Shown here one piece after another: positions 9,254-18,027 of a stretch of 64,000 nt of DNA. Within the stretch, counting starts at the first letter, position 1, and every line of letters begins with the position of its first letter. The stretch is taken from positions 230,915-294,914 of the IMG/VR virus record IMGVR_UViG_3300027621_000003; one strand, written 5' to 3'. The notes beneath the pieces were generated by a model. It ran no database searches. It saw only the letters and a list, made by a program, of their open reading frames with translations, and was not told where the DNA came from. Both the position numbers and the translations under genes were made by a program.

Positions 9254-10611
9254 TAATTTTGAACGAACCAAACATCACCACCATTTTCAACAAAACGTTG
9301 TTGAAGTCTTTCAGGTATTTTCAAATCGGAGTTACTTCCTTTAACAGACAACGCAATCAAATTTGGAAGGTCAGCAATCCATTCAGGAAGTTCTTTCAAA
9401 TTAGGGTTGTTTGGAAGTGATAAGAACTCAAGGTTCTTAAGGTCTTTCAATTCATCAGGAACTTTACTCAAACCGTTTTCAACGTAGAACGTTTGAAGGT
9501 TTTTCAAGTTAGCCAACTCTTTAGGGAATAATAAATCCAAAGACTCTCTTGAAGTGTTTGTGAAATCTATTCTTTCAGTTTGTGGGTCAATGTTCTTGAA
9601 TAATTCATCCCAACCATACAAGGCAACATACTTAGATGAAGCATCTCTTGGGTAATCAATAACCAATTCTTTACCTGACTTGGCGTCTTTAGATAAACCT
9701 TTTACAAATTCAGGTTTGAAGTAATTTTTCAACTCTTTCATTGGTCCGTTCAATAATTGAACCAAATCTTGTTGACGGTCATGAACATCCATAAACTGAT
9801 TAGATGGGAAGTGGAACTGATATCTTTCAGCAGGAAGACCAGATACATCACCACGTTTTCCTTCAGTAGTATTAGGAATAATAACATATAAAGGACCATC
9901 TTTAATGTAACGGTCAAACCAACTTAAACCAGGTGCTGATGTACACCATCTTGTTTCACCTTTACTTGGTTCCAACTGGTTACCACCATAGAAACAAGCC
10001 GCGTCTTTACCCAACTGACCTTTGTCTTCAACTTTAGCAATTGTCCATTCAGGTCCACGGAATACAATCTCTCCACCTGGATGCTCATAAGTTTGAGAAG
10101 CAATTTTCTTTTCCTCCTTTGATGCTTTGGTTTTTTCCATTGAGAAATCTTTAACCAAATCGTAAAGTTTTTCAGGTGTTAATTTATTAATATCTCTTAA
10201 TTCTGAAGGTATTTTACCCTTATGTCTGTCGAACTTTTGTAAGTCACCAGTAATTTTATAAAGGTCTTCCATGAATTGAGATTTCATCATTTTTGCAGCA
10301 TTTGCAGCCACTTTATCTGATAAATCAAGGAATTGACCTTCCTCATCTTTTGGACGTTGGTTAAGGTAAGTTTTGATTATCCATTGAGCGTATGGTCCAA
10401 CTTTTTTAACAACAGAAAAGTCACCACTAAAACTGTCTACATCAACACCTTCAGTAACTTTTGTCTGTGGGTCAGCTATAACCAACGCAAATAACTCCTG
10501 AGGAGTTAACAAAGGTTTCTTACCCTTTTCGGCTTTAGTAAGCTTGTCCGCCAAGACATCCATTCTTGACTGTTCAACAATAACCCTTCTTAATAAATCT
10601 TGAAATCTCAT
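9253..10611 (-). CDS. Late protein: 'AACFYGG..TRWCT' domain plus C-terminal leucine-rich repeats
   Basis: LRRs: FPKELANLKNLQTFYV / VPDELKDLKNLEFLSLPNNPNL / LPEWIADLPNLIALSV. Paralog of 2142..3926. Start moved to MRFQDLL because TATTTATA overlaps the first ATG. Confidence 0.75.
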   Translation of the reverse strand: MRFQDLLRRVIVEQSRMDVLADKLTKAEKGKKPLLTPQELFALVIADPQTKVTEGVDVDSFSGDFSVVKKVGPYAQWIIKTYLNQRPKDEEGQFLDLSDKVAANAAKMMKSQFMEDLYKITGDLQKFDRHKGKIPSELRDINKLTPEKLYDLVKDFSMEKTKASKEEKKIASQTYEHPGGEIVFRGPEWTIAKVEDKGQLGKDAACFYGGNQLEPSKGETRWCTSAPGLSWFDRYIKDGPLYVIIPNTTEGKRGDVSGLPAERYQFHFPSNQFMDVHDRQQDLVQLLNGPMKELKNYFKPEFVKGLSKDAKSGKELVIDYPRDASSKYVALYGWDELFKNIDPQTERIDFTNTSRESLDLLFPKELANLKNLQTFYVENGLSKVPDELKDLKNLEFLSLPNNPNLKELPEWIADLPNLIALSVKGSNSDLKIPERLQQRFVENGGDVWFVQN

Positions 10612-10628
10612 TTCGGTATCTTTTGTCA

Positions 10629-10636
10629 TATAAATA
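10629..10636 (-). promoter_or_regulatory. Putative late promoter motif TATTTATA
   Basis: 17 nt upstream of ATG 10611. Confidence 0.55.
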
Positions 10637-10655
10637 TCTATAAATTGTGGTTTTT

Positions 10656-11495
10656 TTAATAATTCATTATTAAAAGTTCTTGACCCATGTTCTGTGTCTT
10701 ACCTTTGGTCGCTGAAGCCGCCTTAGCGAACTCCTTCATTTCCCATTTGTAAGTTTCTTTTGGATACCACAAAGATAGTAAATCAAAGTCATAATATGAC
10801 AAAGAAAATTTTCCACTTATTGATGTTAACTTGTCAGCAAGTCTTTTGTGGTCGTCCACATCAAAGTCGTGATTAGAATAATAGTTCTCTGTTTTCCAAT
10901 ATGGAGGGTCAACATAGAAGTATGTTGTAGGACTATCAAACTCATCAATTACATTACCAAAGTCCCCCAACCTGAAATGTGATATTCTATTGAAATGTTC
11001 AACCCAATCAGGTTTTGATAACTTATCCCTGAACGTCAAGAACTTTGATTTGTACTTACCCTTAAGGTCAATGAACCCTGATGTTTCAGGTCGTGAACCA
11101 CTGAAGATTGATGTAAGAATGTAAGCATACTTGGCTGCCACATCATAGTCAGGATAGTTAATCGTAAACCCCGTAGCAAACAACTCTTTCTGAAACAAAT
11201 TAAATTGTTCTTTATAGATACTCGGAGTGTCCTCAACACCCCTTTCCTGACATGGAATACTATTCACTGCGTTTAATAGAACTGAAGGGTTCTGAAGACA
11301 CAAGAATAGGTTGTAATTCAATGGATTGAAGTCATTGTATACCACTCGTTTAAGATTTGGGTATTTACTCAAATCCATATTGAAGAAACACCAAAACATT
11401 CCACCGAATGTTTCAACATATGTTTCCATATCGGTTGGATAGTAATCCTTAATCCACTTACCGATTTTTGATTTTCCGCCTATGTAACTTAACAT
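10656..11495 (-). CDS. dam: DNA adenine methyltransferase, Dam/D12 class
   Basis: YIGGKSK, YVETFGG (motif I) and YVDPPY (motif IV). Target sequence unknown. Confidence 0.9.
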   Translation of the reverse strand: MLSYIGGKSKIGKWIKDYYPTDMETYVETFGGMFWCFFNMDLSKYPNLKRVVYNDFNPLNYNLFLCLQNPSVLLNAVNSIPCQERGVEDTPSIYKEQFNLFQKELFATGFTINYPDYDVAAKYAYILTSIFSGSRPETSGFIDLKGKYKSKFLTFRDKLSKPDWVEHFNRISHFRLGDFGNVIDEFDSPTTYFYVDPPYWKTENYYSNHDFDVDDHKRLADKLTSISGKFSLSYYDFDLLSLWYPKETYKWEMKEFAKAASATKGKTQNMGQELLIMNY

Positions 11496-11499
11496 ACAA

Positions 11500-11507
11500 C
11501 AAATATA
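11500..11507 (-). promoter_or_regulatory. Bacteroidota-type -7 promoter element (TATATTTG)
   Basis: TAnnTTTG 4 nt upstream of the methylase ATG. Confidence 0.6.
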
Positions 11508-11568
11508 AGAAAGTTTTACCTAAAAAGCAAATGTTTACAAGAAATATTTATTGTAATATATTAGAACT

Positions 11569-11700
11569 ATGGGATGTCAAACTTGTAAAGAAAAAGGTGA
11601 AAGTAAAATTAACTGGATGGTAGTACTTGCCGTTGAGGTATTAATTGTGTCAGTTTATGGACACGTTAAATTATTTGAGGTTCTTTCTACCCTCTTTTAA
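11569..11700 (+). CDS. Small membrane protein beginning MGCQTCK
   Basis: Hand-translated 43 aa: [43 protein letters not shown]; one hydrophobic helix; TATTTATT at 11545. Confidence 0.65.
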   Translation: MGCQTCKEKGESKINWMVVLAVEVLIVSVYGHVKLFEVLSTLF

Positions 11701-12631
11701 ATTTAACAATATTTTTCACATACATATCCCCAACTCTTTCTCTTCTAAAACCTTTTCCTCTAACCCTCATTGGTGTTGATGTATCAAACACTTCAGGGTA
11801 TTTGATTGATATTTTTCCGTCAGGGTGTGGTATTTCAATACTTTCTTTTTGTAACCCTTCAAAATCAACAATATTAATATAAATCAAATCATCACCAAGT
11901 TTCTCCCAATCGGGATGTTTAACCATATTGACTTTTATTAATAAGTTTCCGTAATTTCCATTATGGAAATCACCAGCGTTTTCCATTCTATAATATTCAC
12001 CATCATCTATTCCGTGATTTAGATTAATTTTAAGATTTTTAAATTCACCTACTGTTGACCTTCCTCCACACTGAAAACAAGCTTTAATTAACATGGTACC
12101 TTTACCTTGACATATGGGACAAACATTCCTAATGACTTGTGTAAATAAACCATTTCCAACCTGTTGTACAATCTGACCAGTACCACGACAATTGGTACAC
12201 GTGGTGCGGTCACCACCAGTTCCATTACAAGGTTGACACCCAATCTCTCGTCTGTAGTTTATTTCTTTCTCAGAACCCAAATAAGACTCAATTGGTGTAA
12301 CATCAATTGATATGATTTTTTCAGGTGCTTTAGGTTTTCTTTGTTGTCCCTCAAAAGGATTTCCATTGAAACCCATTTGACTTAAGAAGTCTTCAAATCC
12401 CATTCCACCAGGTCCACCAGTACCAAACATGCTTGACATAGGGTTATCATACTTTTGTTTTTTGTCAGGACTACTTAAGGTATCGTAAGCCTCAGCAATC
12501 TCTTTAAACTTTTCCTCACCATCAGGGTTTACATCTGGATGAAATTGTTTACTTAATTTCCTATATGCTTTTTTGATTTCGTCAGGGGATGCATTTTTAT
12601 CAACACCTAATATACCGTAATAATCTTTCAT
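11687..12631 (-). CDS. dnaJ: DnaJ co-chaperone (class A, with zinc fingers)
   Basis: J-domain with HPD, G/F-rich linker, four CxxCxGxG-type repeats, C-terminal domain. Confidence 0.95.
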   Translation of the reverse strand: MKDYYGILGVDKNASPDEIKKAYRKLSKQFHPDVNPDGEEKFKEIAEAYDTLSSPDKKQKYDNPMSSMFGTGGPGGMGFEDFLSQMGFNGNPFEGQQRKPKAPEKIISIDVTPIESYLGSEKEINYRREIGCQPCNGTGGDRTTCTNCRGTGQIVQQVGNGLFTQVIRNVCPICQGKGTMLIKACFQCGGRSTVGEFKNLKINLNHGIDDGEYYRMENAGDFHNGNYGNLLIKVNMVKHPDWEKLGDDLIYINIVDFEGLQKESIEIPHPDGKISIKYPEVFDTSTPMRVRGKGFRRERVGDMYVKNIVKFKRG

Positions 12632-13289
12632 GAACTACCTTGTTGTTTTGTTTAAAAATAAGTCAAAGAAAAGGATAATCAATAAATTTATGACTTCCAA
12701 AAAAGCGTCTGACTTTTATAAAAATTTATTGGATGAAAACGAAGATATAATCTTTGATACCAAAACACAAAATGGTAGTCCAGTTAAGTACGAATTGGCT
12801 CTCCTTGAAAAGAAAGGTAATCAACTATTTCCTATATACACCAAAGATGAATACGGTAGAAATGTTAAATTGGAATTTGATAATGATGAATATAACATCA
12901 TTAAAATATCAGAATACAGGGAACCTGAACTCATTCACGATTACCAAACAAAAAACAAAATTAATGTTAATACGTTCTTAAGTAAGTATTTGTCTAAACA
13001 AGGTGTTAAGATGGTATCTAAATTGAATAACAAGATTATTGTTCAGAATGAAGAGGACATTAATTTGTTTGTTCTTAAATCTGATAATGACGCATTAAGA
13101 TTCATTGAAAGTTTAACTGAAAGATTTGTTAAATTAAAAAGGGGTGACTGTATGTTTGTAAATGACTCATCAGGACCTCAAAAGAAATATTTGTATAATT
13201 TACTTGAAGAAAAAGGTTTCAATAAAGATTTCCTTTATAGAAAGGAAACCACTTATTCTGTGGGTTCTTCCAATTTATTTAAAATGTAA
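12630..13289 (+). CDS. Hypothetical protein
   Basis: 219-aa ORF; start codon overlaps the dnaJ start head-to-head. Confidence 0.7.
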   Translation: MNYLVVLFKNKSKKRIINKFMTSKKASDFYKNLLDENEDIIFDTKTQNGSPVKYELALLEKKGNQLFPIYTKDEYGRNVKLEFDNDEYNIIKISEYREPELIHDYQTKNKINVNTFLSKYLSKQGVKMVSKLNNKIIVQNEEDINLFVLKSDNDALRFIESLTERFVKLKRGDCMFVNDSSGPQKKYLYNLLEEKGFNKDFLYRKETTYSVGSSNLFKM

Positions 13290-13489
13290 ATAAATTCTAC
13301 ATTAGAAATATCAATCTTAAATTTTTCGTTTTTTCTATCAATTTCTCTAAACATACTCAAAGTTGATAGATACTCTTCCTTATCTAATTCAAATATAATT
13401 GTAGCCTTACCACGGTATATATCAGTAACTCTATCGGCAATTTCCGCTAAATCACTTAAAACCCCAAACTCTTTTTTATTCTCGTCCAT
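13253..13489 (-). CDS. Hypothetical protein
   Basis: 78-aa ORF in a coupled string. Confidence 0.6.
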   Translation of the reverse strand: MDENKKEFGVLSDLAEIADRVTDIYRGKATIIFELDKEEYLSTLSMFREIDRKNEKFKIDISNVEFIYILNKLEEPTE

Positions 13490-13638
13490 AATGTATATTT
13501 TTTAATTACGATAATATCTTCTTTCTTCAAACCTTTTATAGAATTAATCATTTGTTGTTTGTAGTTGTCAACAAATACTTTGTCTTTGGCTTGTTCTTTT
13601 TTTAACCAATCATCTTCAATTTTCAACTTCTTGCTCAT
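13456..13638 (-). CDS. Hypothetical protein
   Basis: 60-aa ORF in a coupled string. Confidence 0.55.
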   Translation of the reverse strand: MSKKLKIEDDWLKKEQAKDKVFVDNYKQQMINSIKGLKKEDIIVIKKYTLWTRIKKSLGF

Positions 13639-14035
13639 CTTTCAACAAATGGTCTAATTCATCCATATCATCATGTTCAAGATTAATTTTCAATCCTTTG
13701 AGTTCATCTAAACTTGATGTTTTAAATATTTCTTTTAACTCCATAACTTTGGATTTAAGTAGTCTTTCTTTCTCTTCTCTTTCAAGGTTGTGGTTAATAA
13801 GTTCGGCAATTACTTCAACCATATGATTAAAGTCATCATTTAATTGACTAACAAAGATTAAAAAATAACCTTCACCAGTATATTTTTCATTTTGTTCAAC
13901 CTGTGCTTTTTGTAAAATTTCATTTGGAAACTCCCAAGTCTTCGGGAAAATCAACTCAACACTAACATAAGTTTTTAGTTTTCTTATGCCGTGAAAATAT
14001 GGGAATAAATATTGTAATACTTCTTGGAATGTCAT
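13616..14035 (-). CDS. Hypothetical protein
   Basis: 139-aa ORF with coiled-coil C-half. Confidence 0.7.
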   Translation of the reverse strand: MTFQEVLQYLFPYFHGIRKLKTYVSVELIFPKTWEFPNEILQKAQVEQNEKYTGEGYFLIFVSQLNDDFNHMVEVIAELINHNLEREEKERLLKSKVMELKEIFKTSSLDELKGLKINLEHDDMDELDHLLKDEQEVEN

Positions 14036-14211
14036 GATAAAATGTATGTGATTAAATATGATAATGCGATGGCGTTAATTAAGCGGTCCTTATCAGTCAT
14101 TACAAATTTAGTAGGGACTGACAAGGCTAACGCGAAATTGGTTAATGTTCTCATAAGTATTAAAGATGAGAATACAGATAGAAATAATAATATAGGTACT
14201 ATATTAATCAT
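14032..14211 (-). CDS. Small membrane protein (two hydrophobic helices)
   Basis: ORF track 14032..14238; likely start MINIVP at 14211, overlapping the Hc1-like stop. Confidence 0.6.
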   Translation of the reverse strand: MINIVPILLFLSVFSSLILMRTLTNFALALSVPTKFVMTDKDRLINAIALSYLITYILS

Positions 14212-14380
14212 TCTGTTTTTTGTTTTCAAGGATTTCACCTCTTAGTTGTTGCAAAAGCGCTTTCATATCTTGAGAAAGTTTACGAGCTCTTGTACCCGCA
14301 CTTTTGTTACCTTTGAAGAATTTTGTAGTATCTACAGAAAGTTCTTCCATTAAGACTTTAAGTTGTTCTAATGTTTCCAT
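14204..14380 (-). CDS. Histone H1-like (Hc1-family) nucleoid protein
   Basis: Hand-translated 58 aa: METLEQLKVLMEELSVDTTKFFKGNKSAGTRARKLSQDMKALLQQLRGEILENKKQND; 'KFxxGNKxAGTRARK' is the Hc1-family core. Confidence 0.85.
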   Translation of the reverse strand: METLEQLKVLMEELSVDTTKFFKGNKSAGTRARKLSQDMKALLQQLRGEILENKKQND

Positions 14381-14446
14381 GTTTTTTTTTAAATTTAATT
14401 AAATCATAATTTTTTATTGCTGGTAGTAAATAAAATAAAGGTTTTT

Positions 14447-14914
14447 TTATACTAAGTTTTTATTTAAAAGTTTGTAAATGTCTGTTACCATATCCAAATC
14501 TGATTTAGTATAAACTTTTGTTTCGTCAAATAACTCATCAAAAAATTTATTAATGTTTTCAGATATTGTTTTATTATCAGGGTTATAAAATAAATCCTCA
14601 TAAAAATTCTGATAATACTCTTTATGGTCACCATTAGTTTTGAACCTAATATTTTCTTTAGCAAAATTTTCCACTGTCTTGGACCAGCACCAATCAAAGT
14701 GTGAATTTTTTTCTTCTTGGGATAATAAAACTCTGGTTTCAGTTGCATCTTCGGGTTCATTACCCAAATAGGTTTCTTTTATTAAAGAATCCAAACTAAA
14801 CGTAAAATCTGCAAATAATTCACGTTTCTCATAAATCATATTGTTCATGTTGAACCAAACTTCAACATCTTCCCGAGTTACAGGCTTCATCATCCAAGAA
14901 TAAAAATTCTCCAT
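14447..14914 (-). CDS. Hypothetical protein
   Basis: 155-aa ORF; start codon lies inside a hairpin. Confidence 0.75.
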   Translation of the reverse strand: MENFYSWMMKPVTREDVEVWFNMNNMIYEKRELFADFTFSLDSLIKETYLGNEPEDATETRVLLSQEEKNSHFDWCWSKTVENFAKENIRFKTNGDHKEYYQNFYEDLFYNPDNKTISENINKFFDELFDETKVYTKSDLDMVTDIYKLLNKNLV

Positions 14915-14935
14915 AGAAAGGTATCTATGGAGAAT
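14906..14935 (-). terminator. 12-bp hairpin: probable terminator of the upstream late operon, overlapping the next start codon
   Basis: ATTCTCCATAGA-tacctt-TCTATGGAGAAT followed by TTTT on the minus strand. Confidence 0.65.
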
Positions 14936-14962
14936 ATAAGTATAATCTTTATTAAATGTATA

Positions 14963-16429
14963 TTATTGAGTTTTTTTCTTGTAACCCAAAAGATGTTTCA
15001 TTTTGTCCATCTCTTCGTTAATCAATTTACTCTTTTTGTTATCAGATTCGCCAAGTTTATTGAAAAGGCTATCCAAAGAATTATTGTGAGTTTCTTCACC
15101 CGCTTGGTCAACTGGTTGTGGTACTCTATTATAAGACCTATTCTTTTCTGCTCCGTATAAGTTTTTCTTTCTCTTAGCATTAATCTTCTTACCTAAACCT
15201 GTATCAATAGCGTTTCCACCAGCTCCGTTTCCTGTCTTAGAAGAACCTTCAATGTTCGCCTTTAACCAATCTTCATTTGGTTTAATCTCATCGTATTGTA
15301 AGTTTTCCATACCAGGTGAATAAGCAAAGTTCTCAATGTATTCCTCAACAGCACTTGATGGTGTGTATGCCTTCTTAGTCATTTTAGCTAACTCACCATT
15401 ACCTTTTGGAAATTGTGTTGGGTTTGCATCGTACTTACCTTTAGAAGCATCTTTTAAATAAGTCTGCATTTTTTTAGTAACAGATTTAATATAATCATCA
15501 TTTTCAGTCTTTGATGATTTTAATGATTTGTTAGTTACAGGAACCGTAGTCTGTTCGTTAACAATTTTTTCAATCAAATCAATAAGTTCATCCTCTGTAA
15601 GTTGAATTGATTCTTTTACAGGATATGTTTTACCATCAACCTCAAAAGATTTATCACCACTTTTTTTAGCGTTTGCTAAAGCTCCCGAAAATTCATTACC
15701 CTCTTCCATTTCCCCATCTTCTGAGTCTTTTGGGTCTTTGTCAAATCTACCTTGACCAGGTCCAACATAGTGCCAACCTCTAATATCGTCATAATCATAT
15801 CCTATATTTCCTAAATATGGATTTTCTTTTTTATCTTTTTCACGAGCAACTTCAGGGTCTTCCTTTTTACCAAACATTTTCTTGAACATGTTTTCATCAA
15901 CTTCACCCTCACTGAATTCTTTAGATACTTTTCTTTCGTATTTGTCACCAACATTTTTTACTTTGTGTGGTGTTTTAATTTGTTTTTCGTAATCAGCATT
16001 TGGTAACATATCATCATAACTTAAATCATCATCAGTCGCTGTATCACCAAATGAATATTCATTGATGTCTTCTTTAACGAATTTAGTACCTCTATATAAA
16101 GGTTCGTTCTTAGATAATTTGTTTGCCTCAGACCATCCTTGACCATCACTTTTATCATCCCAATTTTCATCAACATCACCTGAAACAATCTCACCATGTT
16201 CAAATCCTGCTTGTGTTTTTGATTTTTGTTTCTTACTTCTTAATTTTTCAAAATCAGCTGCGGTTATTTTACCTTTTGGTTCTGCAACATCAATTTTTTT
16301 CTGACCACCATGAAGTGATTCTGTAATGCCATTTTTAGCTTTGTTAAGTATATTATCAGCTTTAAAACTAATTGCTTCAGCTAAAACTTTTGATACTATT
16401 TCATCAATATGTGTTTCAATGTTTCTCAT
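14963..16429 (-). CDS. Probable head-internal/scaffold-like late protein made of short modules
   Basis: 488 aa, low complexity; modules bounded by [ILV]xE motifs; TATTTATA 12 nt upstream. Confidence 0.5.
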   Translation of the reverse strand: MRNIETHIDEIVSKVLAEAISFKADNILNKAKNGITESLHGGQKKIDVAEPKGKITAADFEKLRSKKQKSKTQAGFEHGEIVSGDVDENWDDKSDGQGWSEANKLSKNEPLYRGTKFVKEDINEYSFGDTATDDDLSYDDMLPNADYEKQIKTPHKVKNVGDKYERKVSKEFSEGEVDENMFKKMFGKKEDPEVAREKDKKENPYLGNIGYDYDDIRGWHYVGPGQGRFDKDPKDSEDGEMEEGNEFSGALANAKKSGDKSFEVDGKTYPVKESIQLTEDELIDLIEKIVNEQTTVPVTNKSLKSSKTENDDYIKSVTKKMQTYLKDASKGKYDANPTQFPKGNGELAKMTKKAYTPSSAVEEYIENFAYSPGMENLQYDEIKPNEDWLKANIEGSSKTGNGAGGNAIDTGLGKKINAKRKKNLYGAEKNRSYNRVPQPVDQAGEETHNNSLDSLFNKLGESDNKKSKLINEEMDKMKHLLGYKKKTQ

Positions 16430-16441
16430 TGTAATTTTATT

Positions 16442-16449
16442 TATAAATA
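16442..16449 (-). promoter_or_regulatory. Putative late promoter motif TATTTATA
   Basis: 12 nt upstream of ATG 16429. Confidence 0.6.
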
Positions 16450-16454
16450 CTTTA

Positions 16455-17105
16455 TTATTTTTGTTTAATTGTCTTTAACTCTAATTCGTGTTGAATTATT
16501 GCTTTGATTACGTTTTCATGAATTCCCATTTTTTTAGATAAATTAGTAATTGATTCTTTAACTAACTTATTTTCATATAATTTTAGCGCATTAATATCGC
16601 CTTGATTACAATATGGAAACGTTTGGCATTTCTTTTTTATTTGTACAAATTTACCACCAGGTATTTGAGTTTTAGACGCTCCTCTCCAATTCTTTTTATT
16701 TGGTGCCACCCAACCTGGTGTTGAGTATTGTCCTGATGATGAAGAACTTGTTGCTTCAGTTGTTTCACCACCCTCTATACTTTCCTGAACTTTAGTAACA
16801 GGGTCCTTTGGAGTTGCAAGAGAGAATAAAGGTGCTGAGTATTGTCCTGAAGATGCTGTGCTAGTGGCTTCAACGGCTTCTTTTTTCTTTTTTCCTTGAC
16901 AATGAGCCTTTTGACTAAACCCTTTTGGATTACTGCAGTCAATACTACTTTTATATTTTTGACTCCATTTTTCGTCAATTTCAGTTTCTTCTCCTACAGA
17001 TTTTTTAAAATTATTAAGTTGCTTTGAAGTCTCTGATGTTTTATCAGAATTTCTTCTTAGTGAAGATTCAACACTACTTACCAATTTTTTAGTCATATTA
17101 TCCAT
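16455..17105 (-). CDS. Probable head-internal late protein with duplicated EATSxxSSGQYSxP motif
   Basis: 216 aa; also two small Cys-pair modules (IDCSNPKGFSQKAHC; KKCQTFPYC). Confidence 0.55.
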   Translation of the reverse strand: MDNMTKKLVSSVESSLRRNSDKTSETSKQLNNFKKSVGEETEIDEKWSQKYKSSIDCSNPKGFSQKAHCQGKKKKEAVEATSTASSGQYSAPLFSLATPKDPVTKVQESIEGGETTEATSSSSSGQYSTPGWVAPNKKNWRGASKTQIPGGKFVQIKKKCQTFPYCNQGDINALKLYENKLVKESITNLSKKMGIHENVIKAIIQHELELKTIKQK

Positions 17106-17350
17106 TACGCATTTTTTAATCTACCTTGCCACATACTTCTTTGTTGGTACATCATACCATAAAATTCTGTAAACATTTTTATGACCAAGTCTTTAATTTC
17201 TTTCTCACTCTTACCTCGTTTCATATCCTTTATGACAATATCCAACAATTTATCCTCAAATTGTTTTACTGTATTTGTCCCAATAAAATCTTTAATTTCT
17301 TTACGAACTAAAGTTTCAATTTCTTTTTTTTCTGGTGCGGTTAGTGCCAT
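17105..17350 (-). CDS. Small late hypothetical protein
   Basis: ORF track 17105..17392; start moved to MALTAP after TATTTATA (17354-17361). Confidence 0.65.
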   Translation of the reverse strand: MALTAPEKKEIETLVRKEIKDFIGTNTVKQFEDKLLDIVIKDMKRGKSEKEIKDLVIKMFTEFYGMMYQQRSMWQGRLKNA

Positions 17351-17353
17351 GTT

Positions 17354-17361
17354 TATAAATA
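17354..17361 (-). promoter_or_regulatory. Putative late promoter motif TATTTATA
   Basis: 3 nt upstream of ATG 17350. Confidence 0.55.
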
Positions 17362-17363
17362 TC

Positions 17364-17795
17364 TTATAAGAACAATATTGATAGAATAACACTTAAAATA
17401 CCACCACCAATTGCAATATTTTTTAATCTTTTTTGTTTATCCGCCTCACTTTTATAAAAATTACCTCTTTCTTCGTGTTCTGCATCAATTTTTTTAATCT
17501 GTTTTACATTATCTTCCAATAAAATAATTTCTTGATTTTTATTTAAAATAATTGTGTCTTGTTGATAATTGACACTATCTAACAAAGAAATTGAGTCTCT
17601 AGCAATTTTAAGTTGATTATAACAATAATCATATTTAACTTTTAATTTGAGCGCGTTCTTTAAAGCACTACATGGAACAATACAATTATCATTTGAAGGT
17701 GTTTGAGAATACACGGATGATATCATCATTAGACATATCATTAATAATATCCAATTCTTCTTTATACTTTTTTTCATAAAATTTAGATTTTTCAT
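17364..17795 (-). CDS. Exported coiled-coil protein with C-terminal membrane anchor (spanin-like?)
   Basis: N-terminal signal-like stretch, coiled coil, hydrophobic C-terminus; overlaps the upstream gene. Confidence 0.45.
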   Translation of the reverse strand: MKNLNFMKKSIKKNWILLMICLMMISSVYSQTPSNDNCIVPCSALKNALKLKVKYDYCYNQLKIARDSISLLDSVNYQQDTIILNKNQEIILLEDNVKQIKKIDAEHEERGNFYKSEADKQKRLKNIAIGGGILSVILSILFL

Positions 17796-18027
17796 TTAAT
17801 TTTGTTAATTTGTACGACAATTCACCAATTTTTTTTTGTCTATCACTATTTTCTAACCGTAATGAATCATAAAGTTTATTATTGTTTTCTACAATAAGAC
17901 TTAAAGAATCAATTCTTTTTTGAAACGACTTCTCATCAAATTTTGATGGTATTTGTATTTTAGTCAGAATTAAAATTCCAATTAAAATAATAATAATTAG
18001 AATCCAAAAAATTTCTCTATTTTTCAT
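17689..18027 (-). CDS. Membrane-anchored coiled-coil protein (i-spanin-like?)
   Basis: N-terminal TM (IFWILIIIILIGILIL) followed by a coiled coil. Confidence 0.45.
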   Translation of the reverse strand: MKNREIFWILIIIILIGILILTKIQIPSKFDEKSFQKRIDSLSLIVENNNKLYDSLRLENSDRQKKIGELSYKLTKLNEKSKFYEKKYKEELDIINDMSNDDIIRVFSNTFK

